Assembly (NCBI GenBank): GCA_976551045.1
Contig: CDPCPM010000115.1
Location: forward strand, 1,302,001 to 1,366,000
DNA from: Glaucostegus cemiculus
Taxonomy: Eukaryota
Reading direction: 5' to 3'
DNA: 64,000 bases
Below the pieces are notes generated by a model that worked only from the letters and a program-made list of their open reading frames with translations, was not told where the DNA came from and searched no databases. A program made the translations under genes and the position numbers. Position 1 is the first letter of the stretch. Each line of letters begins with the position of its first letter. Below, piece by piece: positions 51,386-64,000 of this stretch.

Positions 51386-53341
51386 GTTTGTCATGTTGTA
51401 ATGTACTGTGCCGCTGCTGTAAAAAAGACAATTTTCATGACATTTATACCCTGTGTATGTATGCCTATGACAATAAACTTGAGGTTTTAACCTCAATCAG
51501 GAGAAACCAAACAACAAAATAACACATTTCAAGTCAACAGATATTACCTTACTATTGTTATCTCAAGTCAAGAATATTCCAGAGAGATCTTTTTTTAAAA
51601 AGGATACTATATTACTCATTAAAAACTACAACACTCATCCAAGTGTCTAGTCAACAAAACATTAAACATAGATATTAAAGTTGTTGAAGCCTTCTGACCC
51701 AAAGTACAGAAAAAAAGTATTGCAGCTATGACCTGTCTCACTTTAGAATGCCTGGGCTGGAAAATGAAGGCAATACTGCACCCAACAAACATCTGAAAAA
51801 TCAGAAGTGTACTAGTTCATTGTACTGTTAAAAACTGCATTGCACATTTATTCTGTCTTATACTTGGACAATATATATTTTGTAAACTTAAGATAGATTA
51901 CCCACTATGAAGCAAATGTACAAATAACCTGCCGAGTGCTGCTCCATAATGGTACTGCTCTACTTGGCATAGTTCAATGAGCTAATACAATAGGGTATAT
52001 TCTGCAATAGTAATGCATGCCATGAATTTTTATTGTGACTCATCCAGCAATTTAGCAAACTGTCCCAGGATCACTTGTAAAAATAAATGAAATTTTATAC
52101 AACTACAAAACTTCAGTTAAAAAAACAGCAAAAATCCATTTGTTTCTCTTTCTATTTAGAGGTCTGGAAAATAAAGAATCATAATACCTAAATAACTTGT
52201 AGATACCATTGGTTAACAAATCAGCTTTTATAATCATTGACTTTTATTTCTACTACTATTCTTGAATCATAATCAATTATTTAAAAATAAACACCATGGT
52301 TAAGCACTTTTCCAAGGCAACTTGGTCACCTCCTAAGTACTAAATACAAATGGGAAATCATAAATTGAAGCAAAAAATTGTGACATACTCAGTAGAATTT
52401 CAGACATCCTTGTAGAAGGGGAAAGAAAAATTGGAGTGCAATCCCAACCATTTCACACAGACTGGTTTCAGGCAATAACCAGGAGGTCACATGTTCTTTA
52501 TTCTTTATAATTTCTTTCTTTCCCCTTTCCATTAAGTATGAATACCCATAATTTGACGAATACCAACAGCCCTCAATTTGTTTTTTTTTTTACATGTTTG
52601 ACTTCATTTGATCCTTTGAAAGTCATGAAAAGTCTAACCCTATACATACTCAGTATCCAGATACGTAACTTGGGTTATTGGACAGCGAATAGGAACAAGG
52701 ATCCATTTTAATATATCCCCACAGTCTCCTTTTAAATTACCTAATTCGATGTAGGCTATAGATTAAACTTGAATTTTCCTAATCTATAGTTTGGTACTGA
52801 ATTAAGTAATTGAATTACTTATTAATATATCTTAGAAAACTTCAGCAGAACTTGAGAGTTTCATTTTCTTTATTAAGTAATAGCACTGAGCAAAGGCTTA
52901 AAAAGATAATAATAATAGAAACAAAGCATCAAAGAAAAAAACAAGGGCTCCAGGGTGCCAGGATTTACATTTGCTTCAAAACTATGTATTTGTTGTTTAT
53001 TAAAATCTTTTAAAAAATTGGACTTCAGAATGCATTTTACATGGAAGTTTTGATTCAGCTGATCTACACTCCCTTGGATAGTGAAATCCTGGATGCTCAG
53101 CCTATGTTTGACTGGAACAATTTTCATATTAAAGATAGGTGGATAGACAAACTGGTGTATGCACAAGCATCAAAAACCAGTTAGGTATGAAAAATAAGGC
53201 AAGTAAATATCAAAACGCTGTAGCTTTCAAACAGTACCAGCTAACAAACCAGTCATCAGAAACACATATTTTAACTGATAATTTGGATTTTCGAAATTCA
53301 AAAGATGAACTATGAAAGCTGTTACTAAAACAAGTTGTACA

Positions 53342-53634
53342 CAGGCCATCCCCAGGTAACGAAGTCCATAAGTTGATTTTGTCCATAAGTGGGAAAATAC
53401 ACAAAAATCACTTGTTATGGTAACCATACTCCAAGGTATTGTAATGAATGGCATCAAAAGCACGTAAGACTGATAAGAAAGAACAATTACTAAAAGTGGA
53501 GAGAGCATGGAAACTAGTTCTGCCGTTTGTAGGAATGAACATATGTCAGACTGATGATTTTAATAATATTGTGGGAGTTTATTTGTATGTAGGAGTATTC
53601 TTAAGTTGGGCATTCTTAACCCAGGGATGACCTG
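53342..53634. mobile_element. Tc1/mariner (Tigger-like) MITE
   Basis: Imperfect TIRs CAGGCCATCCCCAGGTAACGAA / TTCTTAACCCAGGGATGACCTG, followed by TA on the right. Confidence 0.75.
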
Positions 53635-54327
53635 TATTACTTCCACATCTGCTTAATATTGATATCAATGTTGTACATCCTTTTAAAGGGGTAGTAAAAA
53701 TATGCATCACATTCCACCTCCACAGTGCTCCCATCTCACAGTGCTAATTGTGCTGAAATTGGAAAATTGGAAAATCTGGGTAGCTCAAGAACGAACTGGG
53801 AAAAGATGCGCAAAAACAGTAAATAAATTTTACTCAATACAATTAGGATTCAAGTTCATGTCTTTCAGTATGAGGTTAACATCATGATTACTAGGTTGTT
53901 GCAAACTTGGAAAAAAACCAGAAGATTAAAAGGATTATAAACTGTAAAATCTATGAAACCAAACTCCACAAAGTAAATTCCTATATTCCATACTGATTTA
54001 TATCCACTGTTATATACAAACCTATTTTCTGTTATATTCCCAACTTATTTTTTTTCACAAAAATGGAATTTTAGAGATAAAATTTTATAAAACTAGAACA
54101 AAACAATTTAAACCTAAAACCACTGCCCATAATGCAATACATATCTGTACATTTCATTGCCTTCAGAGTTTGACCAATTTTTATTAAATCTAGACACTTG
54201 ACAAAATACAGGTGCAATTTTCATTTTCTGATAAATAGCATAATTGCTAGGAGAATAGTGCATTAAAATGATTTTTTTAAAGCAAGAAAACAAAGATGTT
54301 TCCTTTATTTTCCAAATGAAGATCTCT

Positions 54328-54432
54328 CTACAGCTGTAAATGTGGCAGCTGAATGGTCACATCACGGAAAAATCGATGACTTATTGCAACTTTTGCAGAA
54401 ATCCTCTTGTTAGGATCATATTGGAGCATTTG
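54328..54432 (-). CDS. CDK2: CDK2-like terminal coding exon
   Basis: [34 protein letters not shown]. Confidence 0.92.
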   Translation of the reverse strand, partial: QMLQYDPNKRISAKVAISHRFFRDVTIQLPHLQL

Positions 54433-57400
54433 CTGTAAATAAAAATAAGGAAATGTTTCACAACCTATTTCCCAGATCTGTCACTAAAAGGTAACGGACA
54501 TTTTTAGTACTTTAATAAAAAAATCTGTGCTAATTAAAATTTTTTAACCGGCATATACTGTAATACATCTCCAAACATCTGTCACCCAAAATATAATAAA
54601 TAAATGAATCTTTATGAGAAACATTCAAGAACACAATGTAACTGCTTAGAATTTCAAATGCGTAGCACTATTTTTTCAGCCCAATGCATCTGAAAATCAG
54701 TTATTTATAGGTCATATTGCACCACCCTGTAAATTCAACCAGGCACCTTGTGATTTATTCTTGTTTACTTGACACAATGTCCATGTCAATTGGACAAAGG
54801 GTGAGGTAATTTCTTGTGAAATGTTCCTTTAGATCATTGTCTAGAAAATTAAGTATATTGAAAGGCAAAAAAAGGCTCCAGGAGCTGGAAATCTGAAATA
54901 AAAATAAAAGGCTAGAAATACTCATCAGGTCTGGCAGCATCTGCAGAGAAGGAAACAGAATTAACATTTCAGGTCAATGATCTTTCATCAGAACCCTTCT
55001 TTATGAGCATTTCTGCTTTTAAGAGCACTCCTGGAATAATTTTGTTTCAAAGCATTACTGTGAAGAGAATCTGTTGAAGCAGATATTAGGACAAGAGCTT
55101 CGTTTTGTATACTTAGCAGCTTTTCAAAGACCTTCCACTGCTGCCCCTGGCCCGCTGCATCCAACTTGAGACCCTGATCTCTGAGAAGCCAAGACATTTT
55201 GCTCCCCTGATCCCAACAAAACCACAACTCCAGCATTTGTCATTACAAAAACTCTGATCTCAAGACTTCCTTCACCTATGATCCAGATCACTGAACACCT
55301 CCCCTCTCCCCACTCCACAAGACTTTTACTTCCATGCCACCAGTAATCTTCCACCCATATGGTACTAATCTCTGGACACATCATCAATACCACCCCCACA
55401 AGACCTGACTGGGACTCAGTTACAAGCAGTCTCCCCATTAAACCCAGGTCCTGTCTCATCATACTTCACATGTTCCACAACGTCCAAAGGAAAGTGTTCA
55501 ACGGGCAACCAGAAGCCTCAATGTTGCAGTTCTAGGCCCATAATCAAAAGGATCTTGATCCTATCAATGATCCCTTAGCATGCTTTTAATACAACAGATC
55601 AATTTTAGGCTAGATCAATGTAGAGTAATGGAGTCATACATGGAAACAAGCTCTTCAGCCTATCCAGTCTGTGCCAAGTTCTATTTCATTCTTCCCACAT
55701 TTTCAAAAACTCCAAGTTTCTACCACTCACCTACATGGCTGGGGCAATTCAGAGTGGCCAGTTAATTAACTAACCTGCATGTCTCTGGGATGTGGGAGGA
55801 AACCAGACCAACAGGAGGAAATCCATTCAGTCACAGGGAGAATGTGCAAACTCCACACAGATAACACCAGGGCAGGACTGAACCCACTGTAGATTGAGAC
55901 AGCAGCTCTACGAGGTATGCCACTATGCAGAGAGAGAGAGAAAGTCACCTCTACGAGGGAATAAACAAATGCTGATTGGGTGACTTGAGAAACAGCTGCA
56001 TTCAGTCCACAGGGTGACCCTATGCTTCCATCCCATTCCCACTTTGTTCTAATGAGGCCCAATGTAAACTTGAGGAAAAGCACCTGGTGGGGACCTGATA
56101 CAAATATACAAAATTATGAGAGGTATAAATATGGTTAACAGTAGGAAATTTTTCCCATAGCAGTGGCATCTAAAACTGGAGGGCATTGGTTTAGGGTTAT
56201 GAGGTTTAGGGGGGGATCTGATGAAGAGCTATTTCACCCAGAGTGTTGTTGGAATCTGGAATGCACTTAGCTAAGTGAACGGCGAAGGCGAGTACATTTA
56301 TGATGTATCTAAATGAGCATTGAATTGCAATGCATAGAGGGCTATGGACCAAGTGCTGGTAAATGGTGCTTGATGGGCCAAAAGGCTACTTCTGTGCTGT
56401 ATCACTCTATGAGCACCTCATCTTCTGTCTGGGCAAAAAGCAACTTTTTAAACTCAAAATCAAACTCAAATTCAACAATTTTGCTTTCTCTATTTGTTTC
56501 AACACTAGGCTTAAGTGCTAGGGAATGGTCTGTTAGTGGATAATTGTCAACATAGGTGGAATTTTCAAGCATGCGTTGACATCTACAAAAAATCCCAAAT
56601 TAGCTGCTGCTTATGGAGGGAAATGTTGATGATTCCCTGCAAAATCTGGCCCATCATTTTGAATGCCTTAGTTGGATCTGCTTTTAATCTTCTGAAGTTT
56701 CTTACACTGGTGTTATTTTAATTAATTTCTTCTTTGCACTTTCTATGCATAGACATTCCTTAGGTACCCATTAAATGTACAAGATATTCTAAATGCAACA
56801 AAACTATTGAATTAAAGCAGTTCAAGTCACATCTTTTCATTTGCACTCTACTGAGATGATTTTAATTACTGTATGTGATGGTGTAAAACAGGCTAACCTC
56901 CCTCGTTTCTTTTATCCTATGATTCATTATCACTCCTGCCATTTTATACTATGGTTTAAAGTCTAAATTGTCCTCTGTAATTATTATCATAATTTATCAT
57001 TGTTTTTTCTTAACAAGTTTATGAACTTTTAAATATATATCTGAACATCCAAATGTCTCTGGTGTTCTATTCCATTTCGAAGTTTTAAAAGGGGGCACCT
57101 ATAATTTATTAAAGTGATGATGAAATAAGAGCGCCATAATTCAAACCCAATAAATGAGACCCTTACCCCAACACTTCAGACAACTGAGTCAACCTGCTAT
57201 AAAAACATCATGATTTCAGAGAGACAGTAACAATAAACCAGTATAAACTCCTCCCTTTAACTATGGCACTTGAATGTGGTACAACTTTACAAATATCACT
57301 ATTTAAAGTTAATGATTTATTCATTTGTTCTACCAACCATCAGCAGATCTTTGCCATCTATGTCCAAATTGGGTAGTATCTTGTTGAAATCCTGTCTGGT

Positions 57401-60400
57401 CCACCGTGGAAAGTTTGCTTTGAAATCAGGTAGCTGAGTAACCCCAGGCCACACAGACTCATTTGGTGTGCCAAGTGTGCGGAAAATCCTGAAAAGCTGG
57501 TCGATCTCAGAATCTCCAGGAAACAAAGGTTTTCTTGTAACCTATAATTGAAAGAAAAATTCAGGTGAAGTATCAGCTGACTATTAAAGGGCATTCTTTT
57601 ATGAAATTATAATGAATAATTTCTCTTCTTCTACCGAAAATGATGATTTACATTGGTATATAGTTCCAAAGGTTCCAACTGATCATTCTTCACGAGTGTG
57701 AATAGATTGTTAGTACATTAATAAAACATTATGTCCATGCCCAGATCTGTCTTCACAATATACATTAAGCATTTTGTTAGTGATTGTTGCTAGATTATTA
57801 TCATGTAGATGAACCCCTCCCTTTCCTGCTCCCTTTCTAATTTAGAGATAGTAATAGTATCCCAATCGAAGTTGCGATTCAAATTAGCCAATGCAGCAAA
57901 AAGCAAGAATTACACTTGGTTTTATCTGTGTGAATTAATACCACAAGGCAATGCACTTGGATATGAGCCACTACGAAGTTATAAAATAATTATTTTTATT
58001 GTTAAAGATATACAAGGGCTATATGAAAATCTAATTAAAAGAAACTTACAGGGAATAGCAAAAGAAAGTACTAACTTAGTAGGGGCACAAGTAGAATCTA
58101 GGCAAAAAAGGCAGATGCATGGGCAGGTTATAGAACAGGCACATGCTCGCTGAATAGCAAATTATGCTTGTAAGGCTAAGTAGCATATCACCTTACCTGT
58201 AATTTAAACAGACCATGCAGTCTGGGAATATATATACTACTATCTATATTTTCTTGTGTTCTAACTAAAATGTATTACATATTTGACTTATGGTTGGCAC
58301 CTTTGGTCACACTTTTAACAAGTATATAAAAACACAAAATATATAAAGATAGTAAAAGCTTTTATAATTATATAAAGCAGAAAAGGGTGGCTAAAGTGAA
58401 CGTAGGTCCCTTGGAAGATGAGATGGGGGAATTAATATTGGGTAATGTGGAAACGGCCAAGGCCTTGAATGACTATTTTGTGTCAGTCTTCATGGTAGAG
58501 GTCACGTCTAATATACCAAAGAGAGATGTTATGGATGCTATGGGACACGAGGACCTTGATACAATCGCTGTCACTAAAGAGGTAGTGATGAGCAAACCAG
58601 TGGGCCTAAAGGTAGACAAGTCCCTAGGTCCTGATGGGAAAGAAATGGTGGAAATTATAGTAGAAGCATGTATGATAATTTACCAAAATTCTCTGGACTC
58701 TGGGTAGGTCCCAGTGGATTAGAAGACAGCAAATGTCACATCACTGTTTAAAAAAGGATGTAGTCAAAAGGCAGGTAACTTAATGTCTGTAGTCAGGAAA
58801 ATGCTTGAAGCTATCATTAAGGAAGAAATAGCATGACAGCTGGATAGAAGTGATTCAATCAGGCAAACACAGCATGGATTCAGGAAGGGCAGATCCTGTA
58901 TGACAAACTTACTGGAGTTCTGCAGAGAGATATAGATAGGTTAAGTGAGTGGGCAAGGTTCTGGCAGATGGAGTACAACATTGGTGAATGTGAACTCATC
59001 CACTTTGGAAGGAAAAATAGAAGATCAAATTATTATTTATATTGTGAAAGACTGCAGCATGCTGTTGTGCAGAGGGCCTTGGGAGTGCTAGTGCATGAAC
59101 TGCAAAAGGTTGGTTTGCAGGTGCAACAGGTTATCAAGAAGGCAAATGGAATGTTGGCCTTCATTGCTGGAGGGATTGAAATAAAGAGTAGGGAGGTTAC
59201 GCTGCAACTGTACAAGGGGTACTGGTGAGGCCACACCTGGAGTACTGCTTGCAGTTCTGGTCTCCTTACTTGAGGAAAGATATACTGGCTTTGGAGGCAG
59301 TGCACCAGGTTGATTCCAGAGATGAGGAGGTTAGCCTATGAGGAGAAATTGAGTCACCTGCGACTATACTCGCTGGAATTCAGAAGAACGAGAGGGAATC
59401 TTATAGAAATATATAAAATTATGAAAGGAATATATAAAATGAGGCAAGAAGGTTGTTTCCACTGGGAGGTGAGACTAGAACTAGGGGACATAGGCTCAAG
59501 ATTTGAGAGAGTAGATTTAGGACAGAGATGAGGAGGAACTGATTTTCCCAGAGAGTAGTGAATCTGTGGAATTCTCTGCCCAGCGAAGCAGTAGAGGCTA
59601 CCTCATTAAATCTATTTAAGACACAGTTAGACAGATTTTTGCATAGTAGTGAAATTAAGGGTCATGGGGAAAAGGCAGGTAGGTGGATCTGAGTCCACAG
59701 CCAGATCAACCATGATCTTATTGAATGGCAGAGTGGGCTGGATGGCCTATTCCTGCTCCTACTCCTATGTCTTATAAGTAACTTTCAACAAATCCTCAAA
59801 TTATCTATATATATTCTGGCAGGGAAGAGACTGTATACCTTCTGATCCAACAAAACTCAATGGTATTTCTTAATCATTTATACTCTCCCATGGGTTTAGA
59901 AATACAACAGTCCCTGGATCACATAAGGGTTCTGTTCCTGAGAACTGTCTCTAAGCCAATTTCTCATAAGTCAGAATTGTCCATTTTCTACAGAGACTCG
60001 TATTGTTTCACTCTACATATACTTGCTCTAATTCTTTCATTTCATCAAATGTTCATCTTAACGCTACCCATAATTAAACAATATTTTTTAAAATATATGT
60101 TCTGTATTGAGTCATTAATAAATACCACAAAACATTATTATTATTACTATCTTGAAAAAATTATCTTAAAAATGTATGGTGTATTTGTGTAAAGTCAGAT
60201 TTCCTTATGTCAGGTCATTTGTAACCTGAGGAGCCCCTGTATATAACCAAGACAATAAAGCAGGTGAAGCCGTGCTGTTTGAAAAGGGGAAAGAAGCATC
60301 TAATAGACTTGGAGGAGAGAGATACCCGGAATAAAAAAAAGCATTTTTTAATTGGTTCCTTTAATTCTGTGTATTCAGTTTGAGGATCTAAGTATCCCTA

Positions 60401-62745
60401 GCAAACACAACATGAATTGCCCATTCCTAATTACTCTTTATAAGATTTTGGTAAGTCACCTTCTTGCATCATTTTAGCACATGTTATGAAGGTAATGGAA
60501 ATGTGCTGCTAAGTTGGAGTTCCAGGAATCCAACAAAGACAAGGCAATTGTAACAAATGCTGAATTCAGGATGGAGTGGGAAGGTAACATGGGAATGAAA
60601 GTTTTTCCATGGGCTGCTGCCTTTTTGGATTGCAGAGGTTATAGGCAACGGAAGTGCTGTTGAGGAACCTTTGGTAAGAGTCTGCAATGTATGTTATAAA
60701 ATGTACAGGCTGTAGCCAATGTGTCATTATGGGGAGATAGATTGCTTAAGCTGGTAGAAGAGTTGACAATCCAAAGGATTGTTTTGTCTTAAATCATGTT
60801 GAACTTTTTAAAGAAGCTAAGAAACATAACTGTAGCAAGAGTAAGTCACCTTGAGTCCTCAAGCCTTCCTTGCCATTCACACTGTGATCATGGTTAATCT
60901 GCCCCAAGCCTCATTTCCTCTTCTGTGCCAGTTCCCCACAGCCTTTCAAAAAATGTACCTACTTCCTCTTGAGATACCCCCAATGATCTAGCCTCCACAA
61001 CTGTCTGGAGTAGAGAATTCCAGAGATTCACCACCCTCTTGAGAAACCTCAGAGTTAACTGACTGCCCCCTCATCTTGTAACTGTGTCCCCTCATTCAAG
61101 ATTCTCCCACTAGTGGAAACATCTTGACATCCATCCTGTCATGCCCCTTAAGGATCTTATGTATCAATAAGATCATCCCACATTCTCCTAAACTCCAAAA
61201 AAATAATTTCTTTAGCCACTTGTGGAAGGACAACCCTCTCCTTCCAGGAATTAGAACTAATGTTTTCAGAGCTGTAGCCATTGAAACAAAAGAAATAATT
61301 CAATCATCTGCCAAATTTGTGCCTTACAGTTATTTTAGGGAGACATTAGGAGCCAGATGAATCACTTGCCAAGGAGAATCCAGCCTCTGACTTGCCCAGG
61401 TAATCAAAGAATTTATGAGGCTGATCCTTTTCTGTTTCCAGCTAGTGTTTATGTTGATGCTGTAGAGTTTGACAAGGGTAATACAACTGATTGTCAAGGG
61501 GAGGTGATTAGACTCTCTGTTGTTGGAGATGATCTTTGCCAAGCATTGCAAGATGCTCTGCCTGTATGTTGTCCAAATATCAGTTGCAGGTTTGAATTTC
61601 TGCACTAGCTGAGGAATTTCAAAGGGAACTGAACAACTCAAACATCATCAAGTACTTCCATTTTTGACTTTATGATGGTGGACATGTTAATGATGGAACA
61701 GTTGAAAACAATTGCAGCAAGAATGCTTCCATAAGGAATTTCTTTAGTGATTCCCTGGACTGAGGTAATATGACCTCCAACAACTACAACCATCTTCCTT
61801 TGTGATATGTATGAATGCAGCCAGGGTAGAGATTTCCTCATTATACCCATTGACTTCAGTGCCATTAGTACTACCTTGTGCCACAGTCAGTCGAATGACA
61901 CCTTGATGTAAAGAACAATTGCCCTCACTTCACTTGTAGAATTCAGCTCTATTATCTGTTGTATGCGCCAAACAATGATGAGAAACAAGTAAAAGGATTT
62001 TGCAACAAATTGTGAAAGAAGTATTCTATTATTTGGCTAAATACTAATAATCATAGATCTTGAGAAACTGTGCATGGTTCATATGTTCAGATTATAGTTT
62101 CACTGCTCTTGAGACAATATTGAGTCCAGGGCAATTTTGGAAGACGCTGAGATTTTACATTCAAACTTTCTAAAGGTATTGAAAGTAACAAGAAAATTTG
62201 GTGTACATATTAAACAGGTTATTATGAAACACACAATTTCTTGAATTTGGATTTGTTTAAAACCTTATTTGGGCAGCAGCATTTCAGTTATTGAAAAAAT
62301 TAGGCAATATGTTTCTCATTAAGCAAATTGAGTGATTTAATTGGTCTAGCAAGAAAGTGACAGTAAAATGTTACTAAACTGAGATGTAACACGTTAACAT
62401 TTGGGATTTCCGTTAGACAAGAAGGACACAGAGAATGAGCTGGATGTATACATTTACTATAAATCGTAAACAAAACCTTTGGTGGATATGTAAATGGAAA
62501 TTCAGCTGTCATACAAATTTTTTGTAACGTTTGCAGCTTGCCTCAAGATTTTGTATAAAATAATAATCTGAACGTGTTCGTAAAGTATAAAATTATAAAA
62601 CAAATATAAGTTTGTAAATGAATTGTATATCTGAGATAAATACCATTTCTGCAAAAATGCATCCAATGCTCCAAACATCCACTGCTGTTGAGTAAAATTT
62701 ACATCCCATTAAAATTTCTGGTGCTCTATACCACAAGGTTACAAC
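54328..62745 (-). CDS. CDK2: Cyclin-dependent kinase of the CDK2/CDK3 subfamily, last three coding exons (5' part outside window)
   Basis: Exons 62644-62745, 57338-57541 and 54328-54432 (102, 204, 105 nt), all phase 0 and GT-AG. They carry the [25 protein letters not shown] and [10 protein letters not shown] motifs. The C-terminal DVTxxxPHLxL* is CDK2-like. The CDK2 versus CDK3 assignment is less certain than the family call. Confidence 0.88.
55620..55925 (-). mobile_element. V-SINE, minus strand
   Basis: GGGATGTGGGAGGAAACCAGA...CAGTCACAGGGAGAATGTGCAAACTCCACACAG is the reverse complement of the V-core. Confidence 0.8.
56088..56412 (+). mobile_element. CR1 3' fragment
   Basis: [13 protein letters not shown] coding end and CR1 3' UTR. 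Confidence 0.75.
57338..57541 (-). CDS. CDK2: CDK2-like exon (GDSEID motif and CDK insert)
   Basis: [68 protein letters not shown]; donor GTTGGT. Confidence 0.92.
58330..59775 (+). mobile_element. CR1 LINE with internal deletion of the RT core
   Basis: [19 protein letters not shown] and [17 protein letters not shown] joined directly to [11 protein letters not shown]; tail CCTATGTCTTAT. Confidence 0.9.
59904..60240. mobile_element. Tc1/mariner (Tigger-like) MITE, decayed
   Basis: Left TACAACAGTCCCTGGATCACA, right TGTAACCTGAGGAGCCCCTGTA; TA flanks. Confidence 0.55.
60370..61960 (-). mobile_element. Old CR1/L2-group LINE interrupted by a CR1 3' fragment (about 60820-61250)
   Basis: [19 protein letters not shown]...IPYGSIL RT remnant at 61640-61865; 3' end TTGCCCATTCCTAATT at about 60417; nested piece [21 protein letters not shown]. 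Confidence 0.6.
62644..62745 (-). CDS. CDK2: CDK2-like exon (P+1 loop and alphaF)
   Basis: [34 protein letters not shown]. Confidence 0.92.
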
Positions 62746-63142
62746 CTAAAATCAAAATAAGTGAGAATATAAAATAAATATTTTAGTAATAATCATTTTG
62801 GAACTAAATCTCCCAAATCATCCCAACATAAAAATGTTATAGATGTACATGAGTGATCAGGGTGTATTACAAGATCAAAAACCATCGACAAATTTATAGG
62901 TGTCATTACTTAAGGCAAAAGTGGGTTGAATATGAAGCCTAATATTCAGTTTATATAAATATAATTATGTAGTCTACCTTTGTATTAACATACTGTTTTC
63001 TCCAGGATAGTCAAGATTGTACTTGGACTGGTATCATTCACCTCCATTTATGATCATTAGTGCTGATTAAACTGGTTTAAACTTCAGTGGTTCAAAAATT
63101 TCAGTAACAAAAAGATGGATTCTCCTATTATTTTGATTTATT

Positions 63143-63840
63143 ACAAGATCACAAGATAATGGAGCAGAAGCAGGCCAGTCGGCCCATCGAGTCTGCTCCA
63201 AAGGGAAGGGAGGGTGGGGAAAAAAAGAGGTTAAGGAAAAAAAAACTACTATTCTAAGTCCAAATCCCTGCCTTATCTCCATATCCCTTGATACCTTGAC
63301 CAATTAGATATCTATCTATTTCCTTCTTGAATATCCCCAATGATCTGGCTTCCACTGCTTTCTGTGGTAAGGAGTTCCACAGGTTCACCACCCTCTGGCT
63401 AAAGAAATTCCTCCTTATCTCTGTTTTGAACCTGCTTCCTCTAATTCTAAGTTTGTGCCCTCTAGTCCTGGATTCCCCCACCAAGGGAAACAGCTTGACC
63501 ACATTCACTTGGTCCATTCCTTTCAACATCATGTACGTTTCTATTAGGTCCCCTCTCATTCTTCTGTACTCCAAAGAGTACAGTCCAAGTGACGACAGTC
63601 GCTCATCATATGTAAACTTTTTCATCCCAGGAATCATCCTAGTAAATCTCCTCTGAACCCTCTCCAACATCAGCACACCCTTCCTAAGGTATGGGGCCCA
63701 AAACTGCACACAGTACTCCAAGTGAGGCCTCACCAGTGCCCCGTATAGCCTCGTCAACACTTCCTTGCTTTTATATACTATACCCCTCGAAATAAATGCC
63801 AACATAGCATTCGCTTTCCTTACTGCCGATCCAACCTGGC
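63143..63840 (-). mobile_element. CR1 3' fragment with open ORF2 C-terminus (183 aa)
   Basis: ORF 63254-63805 is closely similar to the 4542-5453 protein; same TCTTGTGA tail. Confidence 0.92.
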
Positions 63841-64000
63841 GGATTTTATTACTTCATAATAAAAATACATTTTCTTCATTTCTGAAGCTTTGCTTCCATT
63901 TGCTATGATTAAACAAAACCACATTCCATTCTATTGAACACATGGTATTATACACCAAGATTTGTGAATTCCTGGTGATGGCAGATAACATATTGCTTTC

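Larger units (their letters stand above)
49485..51485 (+). mobile_element. Rex1/Babar 3' fragment split by two later insertions
   Basis: KKACQRLYFL..LRR at 49487-49531 continues as RFSMSSKTLTTFY at 50358; LPSGRRYRSLK; the 3' UTR resumes after 51385 and ends GACAATAAAC. Confidence 0.85.

Overview
Eukaryotic, AT-rich vertebrate genomic DNA. The repeat content (CR1, Rex1/Babar, L2, Penelope, V-SINE, Deu-SINE) suggests a cartilaginous fish; this is inference. The window holds a complete 24-exon VPS16 gene on the minus strand (ATG at 46942, stop at 2772-2774, 2514 nt CDS, 837 aa). I reconstructed all exons by hand and the phases are consistent. Introns 9 and 13 are U12-type (GTATCCTT donors). Upstream, on the same strand, are the last three coding exons of a CDK2/CDK3-family kinase; its 5' exons lie beyond 64000. 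The rest is intron or intergenic DNA rich in retroelement relics. These include two solo LTRs with exact 4-bp target-site duplications, a three-layer nested insertion, Tc1/mariner-type MITEs, and dispersed Penelope terminal repeats carrying decayed minimal hammerhead-ribozyme cores. There is no CRISPR array, rRNA or true tRNA. I found no convincing wholly new biological system. The best leads are the CDK2/3 paralogue identity and synteny, the hammerhead relics, and a compact CpG-rich solo LTR inside VPS16. Repeat boundaries are approximate unless a TSD is quoted, and family names come from motif recognition, not database searches.
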